Assembly: GCF_964204865.1 (NCBI RefSeq)
Contig: NC_135251.1
Coordinates: forward strand, 20,770,001-20,834,000
DNA length: 64,000 bases
Source: Styela clava
Taxonomy: Eukaryota
Reading direction: 5' to 3'
The notes beneath the pieces are model-generated. The model did no database searches and was not told the DNA's origin. It saw nothing but the letters and a program-made list of their open reading frames with translations. Position 1 is the first letter of the stretch. Every line of letters begins with the position of its first letter. Below, in pieces: positions 26,301 to 40,397 of the stretch. A program made the translations under genes and the position numbers.

Positions 26301-29300
26301 TGTAATATCTTCAACAACTTTACCTAGCAATAGTGAAGAAACAAAACATTATGGTTTTGCTGTGAAAGACGATCACTCGAATTCTCCTACGGTTGATGGA
26401 TTTGTGTTACAGATACCAGTACCTCATCTCTCAAATCATATATCTACGAACGGTCTGCCTGAAATCATAACTAGTAATGAAGTTGGGACTTATTCGAAAA
26501 AGAAAAACGCCATTTCTGCATTGTCTACTTTATTAATAACGCAGTCTACGGATCAGTATGATAACCCATTTCGCGAATATTCGAAATTTGATGGTCCAGG
26601 ACAAACAGCTGGAGTAAAAAAAGTGGATATATTTGTTTGGCCGTATGGTGCGGAGAAACCAAGATTTGCAATGTTGGTGTCGGTACTAGCACAAAAGGCA
26701 AAGGTGGGTCAGCTACAATGGCATACGCAGTTCATGATTCCATATTTTTTAAAATTTCGATGTATTTTTTTAACTTCTCAACTGCAACACTTCATTCTGA
26801 GGTTAACATGGGCTATCTACAGCCAGCGGACTAAATTCGGCCGTCAGGTGATTCAATCTCGCCCTGCAAAAGGCTTGTTAGACTATGATCGTAGCATGTG
26901 TAAGTTGTATTTTAGGTTACCACATACTTTCATGATATGGGGGACTTTACTAACAAAACTTTAACTTGTTTTCTCGCTCACTCAATTCGACGGCGTGCTC
27001 TCCACACCGTTTCTTTTGTCTTGTGTGCTTGTACTTTCCATGTTACACTTCTATGGCCTGCCAGTCTGTGTGGGCAAAATATTTGGCACTGTGCCCACTC
27101 CTGTTCTAATACCTCATTGGCTACGAAGTATATATATATATAGATCCCTTTGGTAAATTATGGTTACCGTAAGTCTGGGAAGATCATTGGAGTTGGTGAT
27201 GTTGTGAAGAAATCGCTTTTCCCTGCAAGGCTGCAACCACTGGACTAATTGTTTTCAAACTTGAAGTTGAAGATTGATTATTAAAGGCTAGGCTATTCCA
27301 TTTTTTGGTAATCTTGTTCCGAGGCCTATGGGGCCCAGTATTCACCCCAAATTTTGATGTTTCATTGTAATTCACAGAATGCTTTTTTGACATTTGACTT
27401 CATGCCCATTAATTTATGTGTTGCTGTCTTGTTTTGTTTAATCAGTTTATGATTTAACCATTTTTTAAAGGGATGTGTGTTTCTAAATAAAGTATATCGG
27501 TAATGTCATCAAACCATCTTCCCTTTACACGAAAATATTATTCTTCTAATTTTCTGATGTGAAAGATTTATTTATTTACTGTATTATCTGCTTCAGTAGA
27601 TTTGAAAAAATAACCTAATCGTATTCAACATAGAAGTCACCTGAGCACCAAGCAAAGCCCTTTTGATGTGCTTCACCTTGTCTGGATGAATTCAATTATT
27701 TTCAACGTTTCTTGATATAAAATATTTTAGTCCGGCATATACCATTTCAATTGCAAATTTATGTTTATCAGGTACAAGATGTCATAGGTTTAACATGTTG
27801 GAAATATCTTGTTGAGAACCAAGAGCCTCCGTTAACAGGAAAAACTGTACAAGTGGGTTTGTTTATATTTCTTATGTAGTTTCATATTGTTTTGCTTGAT
27901 ATTACATTGTACATTGCTGTATTATAATAATACAGCTGGGTCATTTTTAATTACTATATGAAAATTATTTTATTGGAATTTAGGTAACTAGTTACAGTAA
28001 TGTAAAGATAATTGGAATATTCAGGTAAATTTAATATTGGTGATATTCGATAAAATTAATAGCCTATCTTACTTAAAAATATTTTCATTCGAAAATTTCT
28101 GATTATAATTTATAAGCATTCAATAACTGACAGTCAGGCATAAAAAGATATTTTTTTCCGAGTTCTGGCAATGGTTGAAATCCCATGCCCACCACATCAC
28201 CCAGATTCTAATAGCTGGGTAGGCAATGCCGAACCTGAGAGATTATTGATCATTAAAAAAAAGCCGCTTGTATATCGTTAGATATCCATGGATGCTTTTA
28301 TATGGCCTTGTTTGAAACGATAGGTGTGAATAACCATCATATAATTAAACTCAATTTCTGTCCATGTGATTCCTGCATATTTTAATTGTTGAACATGAGC
28401 GAATCTAGAATAGATTTAAAAAAGTATTTTAGAATGTATTTTGAATGGTTAACTATTCGATTTTGGTCATTCTTAGTTGTACATATTCAGAGAGTCCGAA
28501 AATAAGATTATAGATATAATTAAGGCTTGGTGATATTTCTGTAAATTATTTTACAAGTGAAAATGAATATTTTTGTTGAAATTTAGTTTCAAAATACTTG
28601 GCAGATGGTGATATTATAATGTCATCTTTCAATGTATATACTGGCATTGAACAATAATACATTTGTGGTATAAATGGTATATATATACTTGTATTTTGGT
28701 TTGGTGGAAGGCTGGCTGGCCCACAGAAATAATATTTAATACTTGGTTTCATCAAATTTTACCAAAAGTAACAATTTAAATTAAATAATGACAGCTAATT
28801 AATGTCACTTCAATTTGAATAGTTACATGTTTTGCATAGTTTTTATGTTTGTGTAAATAATGTTGGATTTGTTTATGTATTCAATTTTGCTTTAATTCTA
28901 ACTAATTGGGAAAAATAATAACTACTTCGTTTGAAAACCCATGTTTCATTATGGTAAAATTGTTTTCTGTTTTTGCTTCTCGCTAATCATGGGCTTCAAA
29001 ACTAATAAAAATCAAGATGACATTGATTTGAAAAAAAACTGTCTTGAACACTCCAAGTTTGATTAGGAATGCTCATCCATATCTAAAATAAAGATACCTA
29101 CCGTAATTAATAATTCACTATGTTTGGGCAATAATCTGCAAAAGGTCCTTTTACAGATAGGTTTTTTTTTAGAAGTGTGAATTGAATGCTTGGAATACTT
29201 GACCTACTTTATGTTTTACTACAAATAAAACAGTTTGAATTAAAGATTGATTCTTGAACTGTTGAATATTGTTCACACAACAAAACAGTGAATCTCTGCG

Positions 29301-32291
29301 CACTTTGTTGTGGGTCTAATCATTCAACATAAAAGCCAAGCACTGTAAGCACACAGTAATAATTCTTTTATGGTATGCAAGCTTTGAGTTGAAAAAAGTT
29401 CATCTATTTTGTTGAATTCCACTTTTAAAGAATTTTACTTTTAAGTGCTGCTTTCTTGTCTGTGTTGAAATTGTCAACAAATTGCCAAATTGTGACAATA
29501 GATTACAGGTCTTGGTATCTCTGCCAAATGAGCCCTTTCAAGTCGGGTGCATGATTTACAAGGAGTATGAAAAACATTTATTGAAATAAATTAATTTTCA
29601 GAGATTCTCACTTCATATAGCAGAGGATGATGGTACTGTCGATACAGATTTTCCTCCTCTCGATCCAACAGAACCATTTTCCAAGTTTAGTTTTGCTACT
29701 TTATCACTGGTAGAAAAGAAAATTACATCTGATGAAGATGATGACGATGAAAGTGGAGTTAAAGAAACTGTTTTTGTTAAAGTAAGATATAAAAATAAAT
29801 CATGTGTAGGAATGTGTCCAGATTAAGGAAAAACATTTTCCCCATAACGGCTTTATCGATTCTGTATATTAAAATGGTTATCATGCATATGTGCAACAAT
29901 TTTATGAACATTAAAACAAGATTATTTTTTAAAATATAGAAGGATGCTAATGCTAAGGAAGGTTATCGAAAAACAAATTGATTATTTGAATGCATATGCA
30001 GTTATTTGCATTCGAAATCAGCGATATTCGATTATAGCAATTTGCAAATATATGATTTTAGGTAAAAAATTGAATTTGAAATTTATAAGCATTTGACTTA
30101 TGATGATTCTAACTTCTGACACTGCAAAAAAAGGAAACTGATCAAAACAATGTAAATTAAAACTATGACCCAATTTAGGGTACTCTCGTATTGTGTGTAA
30201 CAGGTTAGGGTTAGGCCAATTTTCCTTATTTTTACACAACTTGATGTAAAATAGGCGAACAAAATTCGTTACCTCCATATTGGTACAAAGTACACACACT
30301 TCTGGAGCGCCCAATTTAGAATATGTTTGATATTCAAACATGCTATTTAAGTTGTTCAGTTTTGGCCATCTCTGGTATCAGGTGATTCTAACGTTATCAC
30401 TTGGTATATCAATATTGTGGAAAAGTTCATCGTTTCACAGTTACTTTTGAGAAATCATCTCCACCTTATATACCATTTTGATTTAGTTGTATTTTCAAAA
30501 TATAACATAGCTTGCGCCTCGGAATAGAATAATTACTCATCGATCTCAAGATCGGTAAGTATGTTGATAGGTATTTGTCTGTTTGTTTGTTTGTCTGTTA
30601 GATACACGCGATATCTCACGAAAGCGAGGTTCAATCTGCTCCAAATTTTGCATGTGCATTCATCATAGTTCGGAACAGAAGCCTATTGATTTTCGATGAA
30701 TTATGTCGTATAATTAGCGAGTTATTAATTAATTAGTGATGGGACACACGGTGTCACTATGGAGTAAGAGCGCTGTTTTGGAGGATCCCCTAACCTCCGA
30801 TCGACAAGTCTTTGGTCTCCGACCGATATTCTCGTTTTATTTTTAATATGATTGACTTTTACAGGTAAATGATTTTGGCGGATCGTCTCTTGTGAGAGTT
30901 GATGATTTGAGTATTACAATGGGAGAAATTCTAAAGAAAACACTGAAGAAGCGAAAAGGGCAAACTTACACCGGAAGGTGTGAATTTCTATGCAATACTA
31001 GTTTTAAGTATTTGAATTTTTTCAATCTGCTTTATCAAACCTATAGAAACGCTCCCAAACCTAAGCTTTTGCTTAGTAGGGTGTAAGAAAGAACGTTTTT
31101 GATATTTCTCGAATACAGTGTATTTGGTATTATATATCTGCGACACCTAATGTTTACGCTGCTATTCTAATCATATGTGTTGGAGATTTTAAATCTCACC
31201 CATTTCATAATCCAGAGTTAAGAATCTTGGAACGCTATGCCATGCCCAAAATATTATGTTCCTCCCAAATCCAGTAATTCCGTGACTTCTTGTTATGAGC
31301 TTTGTAAAAATACACCCATAATTTTTTTATGTTCTTTTTATTGCTCTTATCCAAATTCTGGATATAGCAGAGTATAAAAAACATCCTAATACAATCTTTA
31401 TCAATGTTAAACGATGTTGCTCAAACATATTTGTTTTAAATTAATCGTTTTGTCATTTCATGTTTGCTTTCTCATTCTAGGTATCGACTGGAATACCAGG
31501 ATAGAGTCGGTGTTGCGGTTGATGAAGATCAAACTTTAGAAAGTACTGGTACTATGGAGTTTTATTTAGTTCGAGAACACAGTTCCCGAAATAATTATAT
31601 GTCGAATACTTTTGATGGAAGCATAAAAACAATGTCAAGCGGGCTCTCACCGCCTAATGAAGACGAATACAAATTTCCGCCAACACAGAGAACACCTTCA
31701 CAAAGCGATAACTCTTTTATATTTGTTCCAACGATGGAATATGTCACATTCAGATTCTATCAATCGCACAAAGTCAGGCCAGCGACGCCTGTCGATTTCT
31801 CTGTTGGTCCCAGCCAGGTTGATATTGAACCTGTGGATCGCAGAGAGACAAGATCGACTTTCGCTATTTTTTTATCACCTAGAAAAACACTTTCTATTCG
31901 GGTTTCTATGTTAGCATATTGCGCAATACACGATTCGAAAAATCGTGCAAATTCACTTTCAGTTTCACCGTCTTCCTCTTCCGGTTCTTTTTCTTCTTCA
32001 ATGTCTTCTTTTGTAAATCAAGACACTATTTCAACAAAATCAACCGATAAATCAATATTCAAACTTTATTATAAATTATCTGAAAATCATACGGACTTTA
32101 AACATCTCACTCTTGAAGGGCCGAGTGATGATGTACAGGACGCCGTTGAAAGAGTTCGAAACGTAATGATGCTCAATGGAGACAGAAATTTACAAGGAAT
32201 TTTTGAAGCAATCAAATTTGGAATACCTCAGTCAACTTCTTCGGTTAGCAATAGCACTTCTGCAAAAAGGAAAGGCAGCATTTTTCGGTGA
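23386..32291 (+). CDS. MAPKAP1: TORC2 subunit MAPKAP1/SIN1
   Basis: Exons 23386-23571, 24035-24194, 25519-25646, 26197-26703, 27772-27852, 29602-29781, 30865-30977, 31481-32291. SIN1 motifs: [71 protein letters not shown] (CRIM), [15 protein letters not shown] and EFYLVREHS (RBD), plus a divergent PH domain. Confidence 0.94.
26803..27102. mobile_element. Decayed hAT-Charlie MITE in SIN1 intron 4 (similar element at ~36306-36611 in MYORG intron 2)
   Basis: gggc..ctac.gc...ac.aa.t.ggcc start and ...gcccactcctg / ...aaccctg ends. Confidence 0.55.
30533..30836 (+). mobile_element. Second HINE-like family with (GTTT/GTCT)n microsatellite; partial copy at 8711-8983
   Basis: Shared acgcgatatctcacg...ctccaaattttgcatgtgcattcatcat...gaccgatattctcgttt. 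Confidence 0.7.
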
Positions 32292-33588
32292 TATTCAGAA
32301 AATAAGGCACATTCGCAACTTTATTCAAATTTTGATTGTTCAAAGATTATGGGTTGGGAAGAATTTAACAAGAATTTGTTTCGAATGCTAGAATTCGGAA
32401 AAACTGAAAATATGGTTTTCATCAAAAAAATTTGACTCTTGCTAAAATCACTACTCAAATTTAACAAAAACTCTTTCATTGTAATGTATTACAAATAAGC
32501 TTTTTTAACATAATCAAATTGTTGGCTAACTGTTTTTTTAAACTTATCATGAATTCTCATTGTTACGTTCAAGTCCTCAGTTATTTTGGTGCATTATTTG
32601 AGAATAGACCTATTTATTCTTCGCCAGGCATGTTGAATTTATTAACGAAGGTTGGAATTAATAAATACTCGTATAGGTTGCAACCTTTGTTAGATTGAAC
32701 ATATCTTCAAGTCAATATTTTTGCAGTATATTATTTGAAGATGCCATTTACATCTTCTATGTATTGTGGCACGGTTTTACCAATACAAATTTTCACGCAA
32801 TGCCCTTTTTTATATTGGCCTGTTCGATCATTAATTTTAAACTGTTGGATGTGAAAGCGAACTTCCCAATCAACAAATTTTGCACAATGGGTTTATCTTT
32901 CAAGGTGCTATTAAAATGAGAACATTCTTCCACATGGTGCTTTCTGCGAAACCTGAAAATTAAGAAATTTTATATGTAATGAGGGATGGGCTTTATGACG
33001 ATTATTTCATAATTATCATCTGTTTTAGAATATGTCCAGATGGAAAATTCATCAAATAATAGGAATTTGGCACATCAATATCAAATTTTACATTTTGCAC
33101 ATTTTTATGGTTGGTAACTTAGAATAACGGAAATTTAGAAATTTCTGATTTATAAAGTTGAAAATTTGCAACACTCTGTATTTCAAGCGAGGACCTGGTT
33201 CGTGATCCCAAGTATTTTGTGATTTGAAATGGAATGATCATCTCAAAGAATAGTAGGAAACGAAGGCATGCTGTAATATATAATTGTTTTAATTGGCTAA
33301 TTCTAAAGAAATGCATGTCTTTTTCTGATGTCAAATATTAAAAAGTGTTTTAGTTCTTGTTATAAAGTGAATTATTTCATAGCCTCTTTTGCGAAAATAA
33401 TATTGTTATGAGTATTCGATTTTTGCTCTTCGCAAAATGGCTTTTGTGTCCCTTTTTGATTATTGAGATTTTTTACTTGCTCAATTAACTAACTGCTCAA
33501 TCGCACATTTTCTACCTATTCGGTGCAATAAGAAAATCAATGAATGAAGTGATCGGTGTCCCAGTATATCACGATGAATCGGAAATCT

Positions 33589-34214
33589 GGATAGGATTTA
33601 CATTTTATCCTGGGGATAAGAAAGACGTTAAGTCGGCTTAATCATATGATGAACTACGTTCTCTCGTCCGGTTACCAGTCCATGTTGGGTATGGGGTTAG
33701 TTAGCCAGTTATTTGTTTTCAGAAGCATGGACTTAATTAATGTGTGTCTATCGGGTCGGTTTACAATCCATAATTACATGCTGAGGTTATATTAACCATT
33801 ACCCACAGTAGGTATTTTGATCAGTTACCCGTACCCTTTCTGTATCTGCTAATGGATAAGCCGTCTTATCGGCTTTCCTCTCCCTCGGGATAAATATGTA
33901 AATCCTAATGCGGCTGAAAGATTCAACTTGTTAGTTACTCCTCCAACTTAGGAACTTTTGTTGAGAAAGAACGTGATATGATTAGGTTAATTTGTCAGCT
34001 TTTTCTTCTCCAGATGAATATGAACGTTTTACCCGACTCCAGTAAGGTATGCCTGTACATCGGGAGTCTGCGCGGCGGTGTGGCTCATCGTGCTTAGCGT
34101 TAGGAATACGCTCGCCACCGCACCTCTGATTACTCTGCGTGGGTTTGAATCCAACGCAGGGATGATTAAGTGCGAGAGAATTGCTGGACTCCTCTCCGCC
34201 GCAGGGTGGTTCCA
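33589..34214. mobile_element. Cluster of SINE fragments: 33589-33735 (-), 33852-33908 (+), 34070-34214 (+)
   Basis: Direct match to the SINE tail and head sequences. Confidence 0.8.
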
Positions 34215-34430
34215 CTTAGTTATAAATTCGTAAGTGCTATCCATGTCACTGATTTGTCACAATTATTACTTAATGCCCTTCAATAAAATCCGGGGTACGT
34301 CGATGGCTGCATGCGTACATTATCATGTTTGCGCATTGATTAGTCAATATTTACCAAAATAGTAATTACGCGTAAGGTTATCATTCTGGCTTCGATACAG
34401 ATATATAACTGCCGCTGATCTTCTTTGGTC

Positions 34431-37400
34431 ATGAAGCTTTCGAAAAGAACTATTTCTTTTTTGGTAGCAGTTGTGTCTTTGGTGATCGTTTGTTCTGTAG
34501 CTGTTCTTTGCGTCATCCTTCTCCCAGTTGAAGAAGAGCATAGTCCCGATTTGTCTGGACGGGATTTTTCATTTCGTGTTACAACGAGTGGCGAAATAAT
34601 ATGGACGGATACAAAAACGGGGAGCAAGAAATTAGGTATACAGTCAAACATTCGCGGACAAAGCGACTGCAAAGACAGTGTGTGCCATCACGGTATACAT
34701 TACCTGGAAGATAAATCGCCTGGCGAAGTTGAGGTGGGTGCTATCGAGTTCAATTGCTTTGGGATGGGAAGAGAAAAGCCGATAGGACGGCTTAACCATA
34801 TGGCGACCCACGGTCTCTCGTCCTGTTACCCTTCCATGTCGGGTATGGGATTAGTTGGTTATTTGTTTTCGGAAGCATGGACTTGATGGTGGAGGAAGCC
34901 GTAACCGACAAGTGGTTACGTCAACCACCCTACGGCGGCGAGGAGTCCAGCAATCCTATCGCACATAACCCTTCCCGCACGGGATTCGAACACCTTTATA
35001 TAAATTATATATATATATTATTCTACTAATCCACTCTTGTGGTGATTTCTGATTAAATTTCTTCCGTCAATAAACATCACAGCAAAATTAGGTGAAAATA
35101 ATTTGATACGAAGATGCTGTTTATTCGGGAAAACCTCACATATGAGGAGTCAAAATAAGCTCAGCAGCGACCTCAAATATACAAGTAAAAATTCTTTAAT
35201 TTTCATTAATATGGGCTGTAAATAAACAGTCAGTGACTATACTAACATTTGCTTGTGAGTACCCAATAAGCAATAACCCATCGGAGATATCGTGTTTTTA
35301 TACAGTGTTACGAGGTCTTTTCATCTAAGGACACCACGGAGGAAAATCTCGAAGTACAAGATTGTGTATTTTTTGAAGAGGCTGAAGACAACGAGAAAGT
35401 CTACTGGTACGGAGGTTCTGAACTGTACTTGCAGCGCTGGCCTATAAATGAGGTTAACAAAAGAGCCTTTGAAGTGTATCTATCAACTGACCTACCTTGG
35501 AGACATGGCAACGTATTGGAACGATATTGGTTGTCTTCTAACGGCGCGGCGATTTTTGTATACTCGAACGTTCCTTTGTCAGTCAGTCAAACTGCTAACG
35601 AGACAATTTGTTTTCGTGCAGCATATAATAATACTTATTATTTTGGACTCGATTATTCTCCATCGTCTACAAACGATACCTTTTCAAACACAAAAACCGA
35701 ATTACGATACGCTGTGTGTCTCTCTAATGACGCTACGGCTACCCACGAGGCAATGCTCGAATCAAGAACGAACAATAGCTCTGGATTTATAGACAGGCCA
35801 ACAGGTCTACCTGATACCAGAATGTTCCAGGATCCAATCTGGTCAACATGGGCGAGGTAAGAAAACGTAGCCTATATATATATATATCGTAAATGACCTT
35901 ACATGGAAAATTAACTATCAAACTGGCACTGTAATCTGGATAAATATTGTTGCGACTTTTTTAAGCAAACCTACAAATTAAGTATTTTAGTGGAAGGCAA
36001 ATTATTTACTGATCTCATTCAGAATACAATGTTTGATACAAAGCTCCTGTCAGTTACAGTTGGTGCTCATGAATTTGATTTGTTAAACTTATCGTTCAAT
36101 CTTAAAAGCATAACTGTCAAATCTTGGAATGGCGACCATCGCCTCAAAGTGCGAAGCATTGTCAATCAAAGCATTTCTTAAATTTTGAAAAGCAGCTTTT
36201 CGTCTTGCCTTGTACAAGAAAACCGTTGTAAACATCGAAAACGGAACATCTCCTTGTCCTGTCGTTATTTTCCGTCCTTTGCTTACTTAAAATAAATGTC
36301 TCTACAGCTGACAAGGGCAAACTACGGCACTCAGACCAAATCTGGCCCGTTGGGTCATTCGATACGGCCCGCCTGATCCTGCCACAACCAAACTAAAACC
36401 AAATTTCAATGTTCTAGCAAAAAAATAGCTCATAAATTCGTTCAGAATGCGATAAAATTTAGTTTGGCACGAAGCTTATTGTTTTCCACTCTTGCTTATG
36501 TAACACTGTAGATAAAATTCTGTTAATAAAATGTAACTGTTTACGTCACACTTACATGGGTCACTCACACTCTAGGGGTGAAGAGTTTTGGCCCATGGTT
36601 TGAAAACCCTGCTCTAAAGTATAGCCAAATCAGTCACATATGAGAGCTTCATAGATGATAGTCAACGTAGTCATACCCACCCAATTGTGCCTCTTTGTGT
36701 ATCAGTAGTCTTGAAATTTCTGAAATTCATTGCGATTGAAAATAATATTTTTTTGAAGGTACAAAGAAGACATCAACCAGAGCATAGTCGAGAATTTCGC
36801 AGAGGAAATTATTGGATATAATTTCACAAATGCTCAACTAGAAATCGATGACGGATATGAGACGTATTACGGCGACTTTACATTCGATGAAACAAAGTTT
36901 CCAGATGCTGTAAAAATGATCAAATATCTGCATGACAAGGTTTGTCTACTATCGAATCATAGGTAGTTTTGTGTCTTGGGTGTCGCAGCTATAAAACGTC
37001 TGGTTGCATATTACATTTATTCATTGTGAAATATTTTCTATGTGTTTTTTTTTGCGTTGAAAAATACATCATATACTTCACTTCAATTGGAAATGTTTTC
37101 TTTATGTGATCCATTCTAATGTAGGGTCGCTGAGTAACACATGATTATGAAGTCATTTATATTGTACGATCGTCATAATTATGGTTCCCAATGATGTAAC
37201 CGTTTTGTTCATTGTTGTATATGTAGGGATTCAGGGTAACGACTTGGGTTACACCTTTCATTAACCAAAGATCCAAGAACTTTATACCTGGACGAACCAG
37301 AGGATATTTCATCAAATCATCAGAGACTGACAATTCTCCGGATTTAGTAGTATGGTGGAACGGAATTGGTGCTGTCAATGATTTTTCAAACGAGGACGCA

Positions 37401-40397
37401 TCGACGTGGTAAGTTCAGCATCAAGACGGAACGATTATTTTATTGAAAAACCTTCATCAGTTTAAAAAATAATGCATTTGTGGTTTTCTGCTTTTACCAA
37501 ATTTTAAATCATGTCATAAAATCATAAATGAATAAATAATTGGTAGAGACAAAGTTAACTCTTTGAACCCTGAAAGCCGCTAAAGCGGCTTTCCCGAGAA
37601 AGTCTTCTGACGCTGAAAGCCGCTTTAGCGGCTTTCGCATCCCGTAAGAGATATGCAACTTTGACACCTCATATCTCGCGAACCATTCATTATATTTAAA
37701 CAAGTTTTACATCGTGTGAAAGATAATCTACAGGACTAAGTATAATTTTAAAATTGAGATAAAATATTGTGATCATCTTATGAAAATTGGCAAAATTAAA
37801 AAGCATAAAAAACTGCTGAAAATTGCTCAAATCTAATTGACAAAACTTCAATTTGTTTTCGATTAAACCTGGTACATTATCGACAAAATTTGTAGAATTT
37901 GAAGATAGCTTTCCAGTGATACCATTAGATTGAACTTATGTTGCACCATTCGAATTTTAGAAGCATTTTTATTCGTGATTTTGTATGTCGCAAGATCGAG
38001 GCGACGTCAAGGTGACGTAAATAACGACCTACCACATTTACGTCGTTACGCAGCGACGTTAAGCAATTACGTTGGCACGTAGCCCCTTACGTTTCATATG
38101 AGAAACACGTTTCCTCGCATGCTCGTAAAGTCATTTACTTAAGTTCGTACTCGTGAAGCGACTAAAGACTTGTAAACGATACACGGGGAAATTTACGCAT
38201 TACATCCAGCCTCAAAATCTGTTCGACTAAAATACACAATACGCAGTGTTATTGCCGTTTTAATTGCATAAAGATATGAAAAATACGAATAGCAAAAATA
38301 AGGATTTCTAAAAACGGAAAGATGGGACATATCGATGGATGCATTGTTTAGCGCCATTGCTGAGTTTTATTGTGCCATATTTTCTTCTTCCGATAGGTGA
38401 ATACTATCCAATATTTCATCTGGACAAAGCTTTCGTTTAAAATCCATTGTAAATATAGCGATATCAGGAATGTAGCGTATATGCAGTAATTTCGAAAATC
38501 TAATGAGGCCGCAAAATGTAAAACACTGACCAGGTGAGCTACTGGTGCCACCATGTCTTCCGTGTACCCGTTATCAGTTTTTTTTTTATTCAATCTTCAT
38601 GATATCCAACGGTGAATAATTAGCCTTGATGTTTCCGGCGAAACCTCATAAATGCATGAGGATCAAATATTTCGTTTTGGCCATTCATTTCCGTCCAATA
38701 TCCAAATAGTAAACGTATATAGAATGGCCTTTATATTCTAGCAATTTTACTACGTTCGATCAAAAATCGTCTGAAAGGGTTTTATCTGCGGCCGAGGATA
38801 TGATACTGATGCAATGATGACACAATCTGAACTCAAGCTGTGAACGACCAGATGTGCAATTGCGCAATATATCTCACGCAAAGAGTTACGCACGAAACGT
38901 CGCATGAACGTTATCATGACAATGTCGTCGTCGCCCTTTGCGTAACGACGCAACGCGTCGTTACGCAAACTTGGCGTCAAAATAGTTGATCAATTTTGTT
39001 CGCAAACCATTTGAATCGATAGTACAAATTCTGCAATAAAATGAGTTATGCGTATGTTAAGAACGTCATCCGTATATTCTCCGAAAGGTAATTTTGTATA
39101 CTTTTTGTATACTTGTATACTTTTCAAAATTTTACCTATATTGATGATACATTTCTAAAAAATGTATTAAATATTACCCAAATACAAAAAAATAGTAGAT
39201 GGGGCTAAAAATAGGCTTACACATCTCATCAAAACATCTCGTGAAAAATAATGCCAGGTAAAATAAAAGACTAGATAAGCTTTTATATGACATATTACAG
39301 ACCATCTGATATCTAATGGTTTACAAGTTATTTTGATTTGAAGTTAGGGATATTACAATTTTTTTTTTTGACGCGTCAAATCGATGCGACGCCGTGGGAG
39401 GTCAGGGTGAGAGAGTAGCATCGTTCTGGGGATTCAGAGTTCAAAGAGTTAAGACTGCATTTGCTATTAATAAAAATTGTCAATATACATTATTGTTTCC
39501 TTATTTGTGTATTAATTTGTGTATTATGCCCTCATTGCATTCAGGTATGAAAAGTTATTGCAGGACGTAAAGAAAGATTATGGAATAGATTCATTCAAAT
39601 TTGACGCTGGCGAAACAAACTACGTACCTCGTAAAGGGCACACTAAGAAAAAAATTTACAACCCCGGTGACTACACAACATATTATTCAATGTCTGCTTT
39701 TAACCAAGGAGGAAACATGATGGAAATGAGATCAGCCTGGAAGACACAATCATTTCCATTTTACATGAGAATGATGGACAAGGGTTCTAGATGGGGTGGA
39801 TTCAAAGGCATAAGAACTGTCATTCCCACAGCGCTGACTTTTGGCATCATTGGATACCCTTACGTGCTACCTGATATGATTGGAGGTAATGCGTATGGAA
39901 ATCTCAAACCTGATAAAGAATTATTTATTCGGTGGCTTGAACTTACTGCTTTTCTTCCAGTAATGCAATTTTCTATTACGCCATGGGATTACGATCTTGA
40001 GGTGACGGCACTTGCAAAATTTTATGTTGACCTCCATCGAACTGTGATATATGATGAGATAATGAGAGTTTCACAAAAATATGTCGACGGTACAGGTAAC
40101 TTTATGCCTGTAAGTCCAATTTGGTACTGCGCTGCACTCGATGAAACAGAAGCTTTTGCTAGTAGCGACCAATTTTTAGTTGGTGAAAGGTATCTTGTTG
40201 CTCCAATTGTAAATGAAGGAGCAATAAAAAGAGACGTGTATTTGCCGAGGGGGAAAAACAAAGAGCCTATACTATGGCGTGACATGTTACATCCGGAAGA
40301 AGACATTTTTAGAGAAGGGGGGCAGTGGGTGAAAGATTATCCGGTGGAACTTCATGAAATATCCTGGTGGGAAAACAGCAAATTTGCAGAAAAATGA
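34431..40397 (+). CDS. MYORG: Myogenesis-regulating glycosidase-like (GH31, type II membrane protein)
   Basis: Exons 34431-34733, 35306-35856, 36759-36939, 37227-37408, 39545-40397. N-terminal TM helix; motifs WYGGSE, GNVLERYWLSSNG, PIWSTW, LEIDD, KFDAGE (nucleophile Asp), RMMDK (acid/base Asp), LPDMIGGNAY, DQFLVG. Invertebrates often carry several paralogs. Confidence 0.9.
34761..34991 (-). mobile_element. SINE copy (5'-truncated) in MYORG intron 1
   Basis: Reverse complement of the SINE from B box to tail. Confidence 0.85.
37559..39448. mobile_element. Non-autonomous piggyBac-type element in MYORG intron 4
   Basis: TTAA|ctctttgaaccctgaa ... ttcagagttcaaagag|TTAA; duplicated subterminal palindrome aaagccgct(a/t)(a/t)agcggcttt; no transposase ORF. 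Confidence 0.88.

Noticed and set aside
20027-40397. Operon of co-oriented NAA50, SIN1 and MYORG-like
   Set aside because: The gaps are ~1.8-2.1 kb, contain TEs and promoter-like CpG patches, and show no direct stop-to-acceptor junction.
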